Assembly (NCBI GenBank): GCA_025935925.1
Contig: JAICUI010000004.1
Coordinates: 24,138-88,137 of the forward strand
Direction: 5' to 3'
Source: Chloroflexota bacterium
Lineage (GTDB): Bacteria; Chloroflexota; Limnocylindria; Limnocylindrales; CSP1-4
DNA length: 64,000 bases
The number at the start of each line of letters is the position of its first letter. Positions within the stretch are counted from its first letter, which is position 1. The notes beneath the pieces are model-generated. The model saw only the letters and a list, made by a program, of their open reading frames with translations, ran no database searches and had not been told where the DNA came from. Shown in pieces: positions 15,240 through 25,273 of this stretch. The translations under genes were made by a program, and so were the position numbers.

Positions 15240-18200
15240 GGCGCGGCCGCGGCGACCTCGCTGCCGATCCCGAGCTCGTTGAGGACCTGCGCGTACTCGC
15301 GCCGTTCGCGTGACGCGGCGCCCGACTCGCCACCGCGCTCGCGCGCCGAGATGAGCATCCGCCACAGCCCGTCCTGGTAGCGATCGAGGCCGAGCCCGAA
15401 CCGGCAGGCGCGAGCGGCCGTCGCGAGGTCCTCGACGAGCAGCGACTCCTCCGCGAGCGACGTCGCGGCCTCGATCGCCCGCGCGCGGTATTGGTCGCGG
15501 CGGTCCGCGACCCACTCGGCCGGACCCTCCTCGGGCAGGAGATCCCCCGTGTACAGGTCGAGAGCGGCCGCGAAGGCGTCGGCCGAGGCCACGCCTCGCG
15601 CCCTGGCTCCCCTGCCCGCCGCGACCGCGCGGTCGAAGCGGCCGAGATCGACGTCTTCGGCGCCGACCGCGAGCCGGTACGCGTCGCCGTCGCGCGCGAT
15701 CAGGCGACCGCCCGGCGCGTCGGCGACGTCGTCGAGGAGCTTGCGCAGCGCCGACAGGGCGACGTGCAGGCTCCGCGCGCCGGCCGCGGCGTCGGCGTCG
15801 GGCCACAGCGTCTCCTGGATGACCTCGCGGTGGACAGGCGCGCCGGCATGGACCGCGAGCAGGCGCAGCAGCGACCGGACGCGTGGCTTCACGCCGTCGA
15901 GCGGCACCGAGCGCCCGCCGATCTCCAGGACGAAGCCGCCCAGAGTCCGGATGCGGACGCCGGCGTCGGCTCGCCCGGCGGGTGCCGCCGCCGGCCCGTC
16001 CGCGAACACCGGCACGAGCGCGACCGCACGGGCGGGTGTCGCGTCGTCCGGAGCGATCTCCCCAGCGCACGCCCACGCCGGCAGCACGAGGCCGGTCTCC
16101 GCGGCGGCCGCGGTCTCCAGCTGCCGGTGATCGCCTGCCCGCGCGGGCTCGACGAACGCGAGCGCCGCGTGCGCCAGCTGCCGCGCCGCCGCGGTTCCGG
16201 TCGCGCGGGCGAGGCCCTCCGCGGACGCGGCAGCCTCACGCGCGTCGGGGACGGACGCGCGGGCTCCGGCGAGCGCCGCGATGCCGCGCGCCCACGCCTC
16301 GGGGACGCCGGTCCCGAGCCGGCGGAACGCGTCGCCCGCCGCCTCGGCGGACACCAACGCGGCCTCAGGGCCATCCACGCCCGCCCATCCGGCGGCCAGC
16401 TGCGTGAGCGCGTCTCCCCACGGATCGTCCGCCGGCCAGGCGTCCGCATCCCGCGCGGCGGCCGGCGGCGCGACCGCCCCCGACGGCGCGGTCTCGCCGA
16501 GCAGCTCGCCGATCGCCCGCGCGAGACGAGCCAGCCACGCCGAGCCCGCGTGCTCCGCCTCCTCGACGGCGCGGTCGAACGCGCGCGCGCCGGCCGGCTC
16601 GCCAGCGAGGACCGCCGCCACCGTCGCCCCGAGCCGCGCGGCCGCCGCGGCGATCGGCCCACCATCGCCGGCCTCGGCGGCCGCGTCGAGGACACGGCGG
16701 GCGGCCAGCACCTCGCCCGCGGCGAGGAGGAGCAGCCCCCGCGCCACCGGTCCGGCCTCGTGGCCCCGTCGCGCGACCTCGCGAGCCGCGTTCGACGGGT
16801 CGCGAACGAGCCCGGCGCGCAGCGCCCCCGAGGCGTCCGCGGGCGGCACGGCGCCCGGATCGAGCCAGGCCGCGAGCGCGAGCCGCTCGCTTCGCGGCGC
16901 CTCGGCGGACCGCGCGGGCCCGAGCCCGGCCTCCGCGTGCGCGTACGCTGCGAGGGCGGCGGACCACCGGCCGTCGTTCCGGGCGCGGCGCGCGGCGGCG
17001 AGCGCGACCCACGGATCGTGGCGTTCGATGGCCGGCGGCAGCTCCTCGATCCAGCGCCCCTCGCGGCTCGCGGCCAGCCGCTCACCCTCGCCGCCGAGGA
17101 GCCGGCGGACCGCCGCCCAGTCCTCGGCGCGCGAGTACGCCCGCAGCGCCTCGGCGTACGCGCCGTCGTCCTCGAGCAACCGTCCGGCGCGCCCGTGGCG
17201 TTCGCGCGCCGCGGCCTCGCCGATCTCCTCGACGAGCATCCGGTCGAGGTGCTGGCGCAGCACCTCGTGATACCGGTACGCGTCCGTCCCATCCTCGATC
17301 GGGACGGTGAAGACGCCGCGCCGCGCGAGCTCGTCGAGGAGCGCGCGACTCCCGGTGGCCCCGCGAATGCGGTCGCACAACGTGCCCGACAGCCGACCGA
17401 GCACGCACGTGTCGAGCAGGAACACCTGCAGCTCGACGGGCAGCCCGGCCATGACGTTCTGGGCGAGGTACTCGCGCAGCAGCCGGCCCGACGACCCGGG
17501 GCCGCCCAGGACCCGCCGCCGCTCCTCGGGTGAGCGCCCGCGGGTCGCGAGGTGGAACAGCTGGAGGCCGGCCGCCCAGCCCTCGGTCCGGCGGGCGAGC
17601 ACCGCGAGGTCGGCCGGCGCCACGAGGTCGTGGTAGACGTCGCGGAACAGCTGCTCCACCTCCCAGGCGCGGAACCGGAGATCGTCCGCGGACACCTCGA
17701 GCAGCTCGTCGGCGAGGCGCAGCCGCGACAGGTTCAGCCCGGGCGCGACGCGCGGCGCGACGACCAGCGTGAGCCAGTCCGGCGCGTAGTCCACGAACCG
17801 GCCGAACGCCGCCTCCGCCGCCGTGTCCTCGAGGTAGTAGAAGTCGTCGATCACGAGCAGGACCGGGCCGCGTCGTGTTGCGGCGGCGGCCTCGAGGTCC
17901 CGGGCCGCGTCCTCGACGGACGCCCAGCCGCCGGCGATGCCGGGCACCGCGTCCGCGAGCGAGGCCTCGAGATGGCGCACGAACGACGCCTCGTCCGCGT
18001 CCCACGATTCCGCCCGATACCAGGCGACCGCGGCGCCGCTCGCCGTCGCGAAGCGCGCGAGGAGCGTGGTCTTGCCCGATCCCGCGGGCGCGACGACGAG
18101 CGTCAGCCGCTTGCCGAACGCGTCGGCGAGCCGGGCCTCGATGCGCTCGCGCGGCAGGGGCGCCTGGACGGGCAGGGGCGGCCTGACCTTGGCGGGGACG

Positions 18201-18259
18201 ACCCTCGGTGTGCCGAGCCGCTCCGCTCGGCCCTCGCCCGCGCCGCGCGCGTCTCGCAA
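15236..18259 (-). CDS. STAND/MalT-like ATPase with helical repeat region and C-terminal SARP module (OmpR-type wHTH + BTAD)
   Basis: TTG start 18259 with a GGAGAGGG SD. Walker A is VVAPAGSGKTTLL and Walker-B-like is LLVIDDFYYLED. The last 240 aa (nt 15239-15958) read IRTLGGFVLEIGG..LWPD..LDLYTGDLLPEE..YQDGLWRMLI, which is wHTH+BTAD. Confidence 0.85.
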   Translation of the reverse strand: MRDARGAGEGRAERLGTPRVVPAKVRPPLPVQAPLPRERIEARLADAFGKRLTLVVAPAGSGKTTLLARFATASGAAVAWYRAESWDADEASFVRHLEASLADAVPGIAGGWASVEDAARDLEAAAATRRGPVLLVIDDFYYLEDTAAEAAFGRFVDYAPDWLTLVVAPRVAPGLNLSRLRLADELLEVSADDLRFRAWEVEQLFRDVYHDLVAPADLAVLARRTEGWAAGLQLFHLATRGRSPEERRRVLGGPGSSGRLLREYLAQNVMAGLPVELQVFLLDTCVLGRLSGTLCDRIRGATGSRALLDELARRGVFTVPIEDGTDAYRYHEVLRQHLDRMLVEEIGEAAARERHGRAGRLLEDDGAYAEALRAYSRAEDWAAVRRLLGGEGERLAASREGRWIEELPPAIERHDPWVALAAARRARNDGRWSAALAAYAHAEAGLGPARSAEAPRSERLALAAWLDPGAVPPADASGALRAGLVRDPSNAAREVARRGHEAGPVARGLLLLAAGEVLAARRVLDAAAEAGDGGPIAAAAARLGATVAAVLAGEPAGARAFDRAVEEAEHAGSAWLARLARAIGELLGETAPSGAVAPPAAARDADAWPADDPWGDALTQLAAGWAGVDGPEAALVSAEAAGDAFRRLGTGVPEAWARGIAALAGARASVPDAREAAASAEGLARATGTAAARQLAHAALAFVEPARAGDHRQLETAAAAETGLVLPAWACAGEIAPDDATPARAVALVPVFADGPAAAPAGRADAGVRIRTLGGFVLEIGGRSVPLDGVKPRVRSLLRLLAVHAGAPVHREVIQETLWPDADAAAGARSLHVALSALRKLLDDVADAPGGRLIARDGDAYRLAVGAEDVDLGRFDRAVAAGRGARARGVASADAFAAALDLYTGDLLPEEGPAEWVADRRDQYRARAIEAATSLAEESLLVEDLATAARACRFGLGLDRYQDGLWRMLISARERGGESGAASRERREYAQVLNELGIGSEVAAAAP

Positions 18260-18397
18260 CTGCCCTCTCCGTCGATGCCCGAGCCAGGCTGGTGGGTGGC
18301 CAATGGTGCCACCGCGACGGTCAACGGGTCCAGCGATTCCGCCGCTGTTGCGGGCGCAGATGGTCCTGCGCGGGCGGTCGCGCGGGAGCCGGGCGAG

Positions 18398-21178
18398 CTA
18401 CCGGTCGTGAGCCGTCGCGAGCACCGCCTGGGCGGCCGCGAGCCGCGCCACGGGGACGCGGAACGGCGAGCACGACACGTAGTCGAGCCCGATCCGCTCG
18501 CACTTGTGGATCGACTCCGGGTCGCCGCCGTGCTCGCCGCAGATCCCGAGCTCGATGTCCGGGCGCGTGCTGCGTCCCTTGTCGACGGCGATCTTCATCA
18601 GCCCGGCGACGGCGTCGTCGAGCGTCTGGAACGGGTTGAACGGCAGGATCTTGTCCTCGACGTACTTGAGGAGGAAGCCGCCCTCCGCGTCGTCGCGGCT
18701 GTAGCCGAACGTCATCTGCGTCAGGTCGTTCGTGCCGAACGAGAAGAAGCTCGCGTGCTGCGCGATCTCGTCGGCCGTGAGCGCGCCGCGCGGGACCTCG
18801 ATCATCGTGCCGAACTTGTAGTCGACGTCGATGCCGCCGGCGGCCTGGCGCACCGCCTCGGCCTCCGCCTCGAGGATCCGCCGCGTCTCGGCGAGCTCGT
18901 TCACGTGGCCGACGAGGGGGATCATGATCTTGGCGATCGGGTTGCCGCCGGCCTTGCGGACGGCGATCTGCGCGTTGAGGATCGCCCGGGTCTGGATCTT
19001 CACGAAGTCCGGGATCATCAGGCCGAGCCGGCAGCCGCGCAGCCCGAGCATCGGGTTCTGCTCGTGCATCGACTTGATCGTCGCGAGCAGGCGCTTGTCC
19101 TCCTCGGAGGCGCCGCCCGCGTCCTCGGCACGGGTGACCTTGACGAGCTGCTCCTCGAGGTTGGGCAGGAACTCGTGGAGTGGCGGGTCGATGAGCCGCA
19201 CGACGACCGGCAGGCCGTCCATCGCGCGGAAGATCCCCTCGAAGTCGCCCTGCTGGAGCTGCTCGAGCCTGGCCATGGCCGCGTCGAACGTGGACACGAC
19301 CGACCGTTCCGCGTCGGTCAGCTGCCCGCCCGCCGCGGCCTTGGCCTTCGCGCGGGTGGCGTCGTTGGCGACGAGGATCGCGCCGCGGACGATCTCGAGG
19401 CGGTCGCCCTCGCGGAACATGTGCTCGGTCCGGCACAGGCCGATGCCCTGCGCGCCGTACGCGCGGGCCTGTGCCGCCTCCTCGGGCTTGTCGGCATTCG
19501 TCCACACGCCGAGTCGCCGGATCTCGTCCGCCCAGCCCAGGATCTGCTGCAGCTCGGGCTGGTCCTCGAACCGCGCCTCGACGGTCGGCAGCGCGCCGAG
19601 GTACAGCGCGCCGGCGGAGCCGTCGAGGCTCACCCAGTCGCCCTGCTTGAACTCGGTGCCGGTGACGTTGCAGTGCGCCTGCTTGCCGCCGTAGTCGACG
19701 AACAGGTCGGCGGAGCCCGCGACGCACGGCTTGCCGATCTGGCGCGCGACGACCGCCGCGTGCGAGGTCGCGCCGCCCCGGGCCGTGATGATCCCCTGGG
19801 CCACGGCCATGCCGTGGAAGTCGTCCGGCGACGTCTCGATCCGGACGAGGACGACGGGCTCCCCCTTCGCCGCCCACTCGACGGCGGTGTCGGCGTCGAA
19901 CACGGCCCGGCCGACGGCCGCGCCCGGCGAGGCGTTGAGCCCGTTGACGATCTTCGTCGCGCCGCGCAGCGCCTCCTGGTCGAACGTCGCCCGCAGCAGC
20001 TGGTCGACCTGCGCGGGCTCGATCCGCTCGACCGCCTCGCGCTTGGTGATCACGCCCTCGTCGACCATCTGGACCGCGATCTTCACGGCCGCCGCCGCGG
20101 TCCGCTTCGCGACCCGCGTCTGGAGCATGTACAGGCGGCCCTTCTCGATCGTGAACTCGAGGTCCTGCACGTCGCGGTAGTGCGACTCGAGCTGATTGCC
20201 GATGCGCACGAACTCGTCGTAGGCCTCGGGCATGGCCGCCTTGAGCTGGCTGATCTTCTCGGGCGTGCGGATGCCCGCGACCACGTCCTCGCCCTGGGCG
20301 TTGGTCAGGTACTCGCCGTACAGCTCCTTGCTGCCGTCGAAGGTGTTCCTCGTGAACGCGACGCCCGTGCCGGAGTCGTCGCCCATGTTCCCGAACACCA
20401 TCGTGACGACGTTGACCGCGGTGCCGAGGTCGTGGGCGATCTTCTGGCTGTTGCGGTAGTCGTTCGCACGCTTGCCGAACCACGAGGCGAACACGGCCTT
20501 GATCGCGAGGTCGAGCTGCTCCCACGGGTCCGACGGGAACTCGCGGCCGGTGTCCTCGCGCACGACCTGCCGGTACTCGTCGACGAGCGCCTTGAGGTCG
20601 TCGACCGTCAGGTCCGTGTCCTTGGCGTCGGGCCCGATCGCGTGCTTTCGGGCCTCGAGCGGCTCGTCGAACCGCTCCGCCTTCACGTCCATCACGATCC
20701 GGCCGAACATGCCGATGAACCGGCGGTACGCGTCCCAGCCGAAGCGCTCGTTGCCGCTGAGCGCGATCAGGCCCCGCAGCGTCGCCTCGTTGAGACCGAG
20801 GTTGAGGACCGTGTCCATCATCCCGGGCATCGAGAACTTGGCGCCGGAGCGGACCGAGACGAGCAGCGGGTTGGACGGGTCGCCGAACCCCTTGCCGGAG
20901 CGCTCCTCGACCTGGTGCATCGCGTCCTGGACGTCCTGCCACAGGCCCTCGGGGAGCTGCTCGCCGTTGGCGAAGTAGTCGTTGCACGCCTCGGTCGTGA
21001 TCGTGAACCCGGGCGGCGTCGGGAGCCCCGCGATCGTCATCTCGGCGAGGCCGGCGCCCTTGCCGCCGAGCAGGTCCTTCATCCCCCCGTTGCCTTCGGC
21101 GGTCCCCGCGCCCCAGGCGTAGATGTAGCGCTTGGCGGCGACGTGGTGCCGCTCGGACGTGGTCGGGCTCTGGACCAT
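18398..21178 (-). CDS. ppdK: Pyruvate, phosphate dikinase
   Basis: ATG 21178 with an AAGGAG SD inside ORF 18398..22141. KDLLGGKGAGLAEM, the catalytic-His region GGATSHAAVVARQIGKPCV, and the C-terminal PEP-utilising TIM block. Confidence 0.93.
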   Translation of the reverse strand: MVQSPTTSERHHVAAKRYIYAWGAGTAEGNGGMKDLLGGKGAGLAEMTIAGLPTPPGFTITTEACNDYFANGEQLPEGLWQDVQDAMHQVEERSGKGFGDPSNPLLVSVRSGAKFSMPGMMDTVLNLGLNEATLRGLIALSGNERFGWDAYRRFIGMFGRIVMDVKAERFDEPLEARKHAIGPDAKDTDLTVDDLKALVDEYRQVVREDTGREFPSDPWEQLDLAIKAVFASWFGKRANDYRNSQKIAHDLGTAVNVVTMVFGNMGDDSGTGVAFTRNTFDGSKELYGEYLTNAQGEDVVAGIRTPEKISQLKAAMPEAYDEFVRIGNQLESHYRDVQDLEFTIEKGRLYMLQTRVAKRTAAAAVKIAVQMVDEGVITKREAVERIEPAQVDQLLRATFDQEALRGATKIVNGLNASPGAAVGRAVFDADTAVEWAAKGEPVVLVRIETSPDDFHGMAVAQGIITARGGATSHAAVVARQIGKPCVAGSADLFVDYGGKQAHCNVTGTEFKQGDWVSLDGSAGALYLGALPTVEARFEDQPELQQILGWADEIRRLGVWTNADKPEEAAQARAYGAQGIGLCRTEHMFREGDRLEIVRGAILVANDATRAKAKAAAGGQLTDAERSVVSTFDAAMARLEQLQQGDFEGIFRAMDGLPVVVRLIDPPLHEFLPNLEEQLVKVTRAEDAGGASEEDKRLLATIKSMHEQNPMLGLRGCRLGLMIPDFVKIQTRAILNAQIAVRKAGGNPIAKIMIPLVGHVNELAETRRILEAEAEAVRQAAGGIDVDYKFGTMIEVPRGALTADEIAQHASFFSFGTNDLTQMTFGYSRDDAEGGFLLKYVEDKILPFNPFQTLDDAVAGLMKIAVDKGRSTRPDIELGICGEHGGDPESIHKCERIGLDYVSCSPFRVPVARLAAAQAVLATAHDR

Positions 21179-21382
21179 CCTGGATGGGCTCCTTGGGTTC
21201 GGACGTCGGGCCGCGCGACAGGCGAGCCCGGGATGAGCGTCAGGGTCCCGCCGATTGTACGCCGCGGCCCCGGCGGTCCCGGTTGCGAGGGGGTTGCGAC
21301 GAGCGAAGGTCGGTCCGAACGGCGCGGCGCGACCCTGCCGGAGGTCCCCGGTCGGGCGGTGCCCCGGCGGTACACTGCCCGC

Positions 21383-22240
21383 GTGACGACGCAGCAGCAG
21401 GACGCCCCGCCGATCGTGGCCGACGACCCGGTCTACAACGCGACCTACACGCGCCGCGAGGACCTGAGCCCGGATCTCGCCTCCTTCTGGGTCAAGATGG
21501 ACGGCCCGGCGATCCCGTTCCAGGCCGGCCAGTACATGACGATCGGCGTGAAGCAGGGCGAGCGCATGGTCCAGCGGCCGTACTCGGTCGCATCGCCGCC
21601 GTCGGTCGCCGACACCGAGGGCTACGAGTTCTACGTCCGCAAGGTGCTCGGCGGGACGTTCACGCCGCTGCTGTTCGACCTGCCCGTCGGGCACCGGATG
21701 CGGATCATCGGCCCCAAGGGCAAGTTCACGTTGCTGCCCGACGACGACCGCCAGCACATCTTCATCTCGTCGGGCACCGGCAATGCCCCGTTCGTCGCGA
21801 TGATGCGCGAGCTGCTCATCCACGGGACGCCGCGCCCGGCCGTGATGCTCAACGGCGTCTCGTACGCGCACGAGCTGGGCTACGTGCCGCTGCTCGAGGG
21901 CTGGGAGCGCTCCGGCGAGTACCCGGTGCGGTTCATCCCGACGGTGTCGCGCCCCAACGACCCGTCGAACGAGGGCTGGACCGGTCGCACGGGCCGCGTC
22001 GAGGCGATCCTCGCGCCCGTGCTGGACGAGCTGGGGCTCACGCCGGATAACTCCATCGCGTACATCTGCGGCAACCCGGACATGATCGTCGCGGCGGAGC
22101 AGACGCTCCTCGACCGCGGCTACCCGGAGGACCAGGTCCACAAGGAGCTCTACTGGCCCAAGGGCAAGGAGCCGCGCGGCTTGGCGGCCGCGGACCTCGC
22201 ATCCGCGATCGAGATGGCCGAGGCCAACGAGGACCAGTAG
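21383..22240 (+). CDS. Ferredoxin-NADP(+) reductase-type FAD/NAD(P)-binding oxidoreductase
   Basis: GTG 21383 in the frame of ORF 17552..22240; only the last 285 aa look real. RPYSVAS FAD motif and SSGTGNAPF NAD(P) motif. Confidence 0.85.
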   Translation: MTTQQQDAPPIVADDPVYNATYTRREDLSPDLASFWVKMDGPAIPFQAGQYMTIGVKQGERMVQRPYSVASPPSVADTEGYEFYVRKVLGGTFTPLLFDLPVGHRMRIIGPKGKFTLLPDDDRQHIFISSGTGNAPFVAMMRELLIHGTPRPAVMLNGVSYAHELGYVPLLEGWERSGEYPVRFIPTVSRPNDPSNEGWTGRTGRVEAILAPVLDELGLTPDNSIAYICGNPDMIVAAEQTLLDRGYPEDQVHKELYWPKGKEPRGLAAADLASAIEMAEANEDQ

Positions 22241-22243
22241 CCC

Positions 22244-23638
22244 TCAGCGAGGGTCGAAGACGCTGGGCGCGAGCGATTCTCCGGTGAGGATCCGCGCGAT
22301 GCGCTCCCCGCCGAAGATCGACGGCAGGAACCCGACGCCGTTGCAGCCGAGGTTGTAGAGCAGCTGCCCGTGGCGCGGATGCGCGCCGATCACGCGCACC
22401 ATTCCGGGCATGTAGCCCATGAGCCCGTGCCACTGGAAGTCGTACGCGAGCCCGGGCGGCCGCCTCGGCTGCGCATACGGCCGGACGACGTCGTCCATCT
22501 GCGCGAGGAGCTCGCCCGGGAACGGCTCGTCGGCCGCCCACGGGTGGTCGATCGGCCACTCGGGGCCGCCCATGCAGGTCAGGGTCACCTCGCCGTCGGG
22601 CCGGTCGTAGGTCCGGCGGGTGACGTACACGTACGGCGTCGGGCCGCCGATCTCGGCGTTCCGGATGTAGCTCATCGCCGCGGGCTCCCGGCGCTCGTCC
22701 TCGACGAACGCGGCCATGAACCCGATCGTGCCCGTGATCCGCTGCGCCTCGTCGAGCTCGACGCGGTCGCCATGGCCGTCTTCGACGACGTGGCCGGTGA
22801 AGCCGTTCGTGCACAGCACCGCGGCCCCAGCCCGGATCCGCCGGCCGCTCGCCTCGGCCCGGACGCCGCCGTCGCCCACCACGAGCCGGTCGACGTGCGT
22901 GCCGTCCGCGTACCGGAAGCGATCGGCGTAGCGGGTCTCCAGGAACGCGAGCACCTGCTGGACCAGGAGGCCGCTGTTCGCGCAGCCCTTGCGATCCGAG
23001 AGCACGGCGCGATACCGGTCGTCGTCGAGCTCGAGAAGCTCGCGGATCCGCGCCTGGGGGACGACGCTGAACAGGCCCTCGAGCTCGGACGGGATGGCGT
23101 CCAGGAAGTCGGCGTCCTCGGACACGACGCACGACTCCTCGCGGAGCCCGCCGCGCCGCCGCACGAGGTTGTTCCGCAGGTGCACGGTGACGTGGTTCAG
23201 CGTCGACATCCCCATGTGGCCGGTGAACCGCTCGATGCGCACCGTCGAGCCTGACTCGGCGGCCATCAGGTCGAGGAGGTCGTGCGCGTCGTCGAACCCG
23301 CGCTGCGCCTCGGCGGCGAGGCTCTCGCCGAACTGGGTCGCGATGCTCGCGAGCGGCCGCTCGAAGTAGGTCGTGAGCTGCCCCGCGTTCCGCCCGGTCG
23401 CACCGCGGCCCACGCGGTCGCGCTCGACGAGGAGCACGCGCATCGACGTCGACCGGAGCACGAAGAATGCCGTCGCGATGCCGGCGATCCCTGCGCCGAC
23501 GACGAGGACGTCGGCCTCGACGTCCGCGCGCAGCGGGCGCCGCGGGCCGTCCGGGCTGAGCTGCGCGATCCACGGCGAGCGACTGGGCAGATCCGGGCGC
23601 GCGCCGACGAGACCAGCGGGAGCAGGGAGCGGCGTCAT
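22244..23638 (-). CDS. FAD-dependent oxidoreductase (DAO family)
   Basis: 464 aa. The dinucleotide-binding motif is DVLVVGAGIAGIATAF. Confidence 0.8.
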   Translation of the reverse strand: MTPLPAPAGLVGARPDLPSRSPWIAQLSPDGPRRPLRADVEADVLVVGAGIAGIATAFFVLRSTSMRVLLVERDRVGRGATGRNAGQLTTYFERPLASIATQFGESLAAEAQRGFDDAHDLLDLMAAESGSTVRIERFTGHMGMSTLNHVTVHLRNNLVRRRGGLREESCVVSEDADFLDAIPSELEGLFSVVPQARIRELLELDDDRYRAVLSDRKGCANSGLLVQQVLAFLETRYADRFRYADGTHVDRLVVGDGGVRAEASGRRIRAGAAVLCTNGFTGHVVEDGHGDRVELDEAQRITGTIGFMAAFVEDERREPAAMSYIRNAEIGGPTPYVYVTRRTYDRPDGEVTLTCMGGPEWPIDHPWAADEPFPGELLAQMDDVVRPYAQPRRPPGLAYDFQWHGLMGYMPGMVRVIGAHPRHGQLLYNLGCNGVGFLPSIFGGERIARILTGESLAPSVFDPR

Positions 23639-23648
23639 CGCGGCTGAG

Positions 23649-24905
23649 CTACCCGGCGCCGGCGAGCAGGTGGAGCGACGAGAGCGCCCGGACGTCGCCG
23701 CGCGGCTTCCACGCCGGCGTGTACGCGGGGTCCAGGCGGAACTCCGGGAGGAGCGCGGCGAACCGCTCGGTCATGATCGTGAGCTCGAGCCGGGCGAGGT
23801 TGGCGCCGAGGCACAGGTGCCGCCCGTGCCCGAACGCGAGGTGGCGGTTCGGGTGCCGGTCGAGGACGACGTCGTTCGGCTGGTCGAACGCGCGCGGGTC
23901 CCGGTTCGCGGCGCCGTACCCGAGCAGGACGACGTCGCCCGCCGGGATCGTCTCGCCATACAGCTCGACGTCGTGGGCGGCGTTGCGGCCGAACGTCTGC
24001 ACGGGGGACACGACGCGCAGGAGCTCGTTGACGGCGGTGTGGGCCAGCCCATCCGGATCGCCGAACAGGTCCGCGCGCTGCTCCGGGTGCTCCGCGAGGT
24101 GCAGGAGGCTCATGCCCATCGCCCCGGACGTCGTCTCGTACCCCGCGAGCAGCATCAGCATCCCGAACTGGCGCACCTCGAGGTCGGACAGGCGGTGGCC
24201 CTCGACCTCGGCCTGGAGCAGCAGCCCGAGGAAGTCGTCACGCGGCTCCCGCTTGCGCTCCGCGATCCGCTCGTCGATGTAGGCCTCGGCATCGTGGACG
24301 GCCTGCGCCTGGTCCTCCTTGTCCCGAAGCGCGTTGGAGTACATCCGCTCGACCCAGTCGAACCAGCGGCCCTCGTCGGCCTCGGGAAGGTCCATCAGCC
24401 GCGCGAGCGAGCCGAGCGACATCGGGTGGGCGAAGTCCGCCATGACGTCGCCGCCGCCCTTGCGGACGAACGCCTGGAGCAGCCGGGTCGCGAGCGCTTC
24501 GAGGTCGGGGCGCAGCGTGTCGATGCGCGGCTTCGCGAACAGCGGGTTCACGAGCGCCCGGTAGCGCGTGTGCTCGGGCGGGTCGAGCTCGATCGGCAGC
24601 AGCGGGTCGTGGCGGGGCTGCGTCGGCGGGATGAGCGTCGTGCCCGGGACGGCGGACGTGAACGCCTCGCAGTCGAGCGTCGCCGCGACGACGTCGTCGT
24701 ACCGGGTGAGCAGCCAGAAGCCGCCGTACCGCTCCGAGTGGACGAGCGGCTGCGCCTCCCGAACCGGCCCGAAGACCGACTCGGGATCGCGGACGAGGTC
24801 GGGGTCGTGGTGGTCGAAGCCGCGCGCCGGCTCCGCGGCGTCGGGGTCGGCGCCCTCGGGCACATCGTGCGGAGGCGGGACGCTCTCGACGCTCATCGTG
24901 CGCAC
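23649..24905 (-). CDS. Cytochrome P450
   Basis: 418 aa. Heme-binding loop FGHGRHLCLGANLARLE and the ETTS I-helix motif (LLAGYETTSG). Confidence 0.92.
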   Translation of the reverse strand: MRTMSVESVPPPHDVPEGADPDAAEPARGFDHHDPDLVRDPESVFGPVREAQPLVHSERYGGFWLLTRYDDVVAATLDCEAFTSAVPGTTLIPPTQPRHDPLLPIELDPPEHTRYRALVNPLFAKPRIDTLRPDLEALATRLLQAFVRKGGGDVMADFAHPMSLGSLARLMDLPEADEGRWFDWVERMYSNALRDKEDQAQAVHDAEAYIDERIAERKREPRDDFLGLLLQAEVEGHRLSDLEVRQFGMLMLLAGYETTSGAMGMSLLHLAEHPEQRADLFGDPDGLAHTAVNELLRVVSPVQTFGRNAAHDVELYGETIPAGDVVLLGYGAANRDPRAFDQPNDVVLDRHPNRHLAFGHGRHLCLGANLARLELTIMTERFAALLPEFRLDPAYTPAWKPRGDVRALSSLHLLAGAG

Positions 24906-25273
24906 CTCGTTCGGGTGCGCGAATCGTACTCCGCGGCGGCGATCGCCGAACGTTACGGAGCGTTCACGAGTCGTGTCGCCTGGACGCCGCCTGGCCGGCG
25001 CCCGCGTGGTTGGGCGCGACCGTCCTCGATCCCGGCATGGGTGGCCGGCGACGGACGACCGCGCCCCTGTGCCGATCCTCGTCGCGCGTCACGCTCGACC
25101 GCGATGACCCGAATGTCCCGCTCGGTGCGGCGCGGCACCGGCAGCGGTGGCGAGCGACCACGTTGAGGTGCGATCCGTTGCGCGGCGCATCGGCACGGCG
25201 GCGGCGACGAACACCGCTGCGCGAACGAAGCGACGCGTCGCAGCGGGCCCAGCCTAGGCAGCGCGAGCGGCGG

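Noticed and set aside
1-18259. Whether the CIS locus sits on a mobile island or prophage.
   Set aside because: I found no integrase, transposase, tRNA, direct-repeat attachment sites or phage head/lysis genes in the window. The right flank abuts ppdK directly. The left boundary is outside the window, so the question remains open rather than disproved.
18319-18324. TTGACC (minus strand) in the 138-nt gap upstream of the STAND-SARP gene, as a possible -35 element.
   Set aside because: No acceptable TANNNT hexamer lies 16-19 nt downstream (only TGGCCA/ATTGGC). A single hexamer is not evidence.
17552-22240. 1562-aa plus-strand ORF, the largest in the track. Similar giants occur at 7674..9770(-), 26356..29151(-), 26169..30503(+), 59006..61846(+), 11863..14049(-) and 14127..16076(-).
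   Set aside because: Their translations are Arg/Ala/Pro/Gly-rich with no recognisable motifs. They lie antisense or off-frame to genes with clear identities (regulator, ppdK, VgrG, glyQS/glpK, rpoA/rpsD and others). This is typical stop-codon depletion in very GC-rich DNA. Only the last 858 nt of 17552..22240 (the FNR-type gene) and the last 1041 nt of 26169..30503 (the PanE-like gene) are real.
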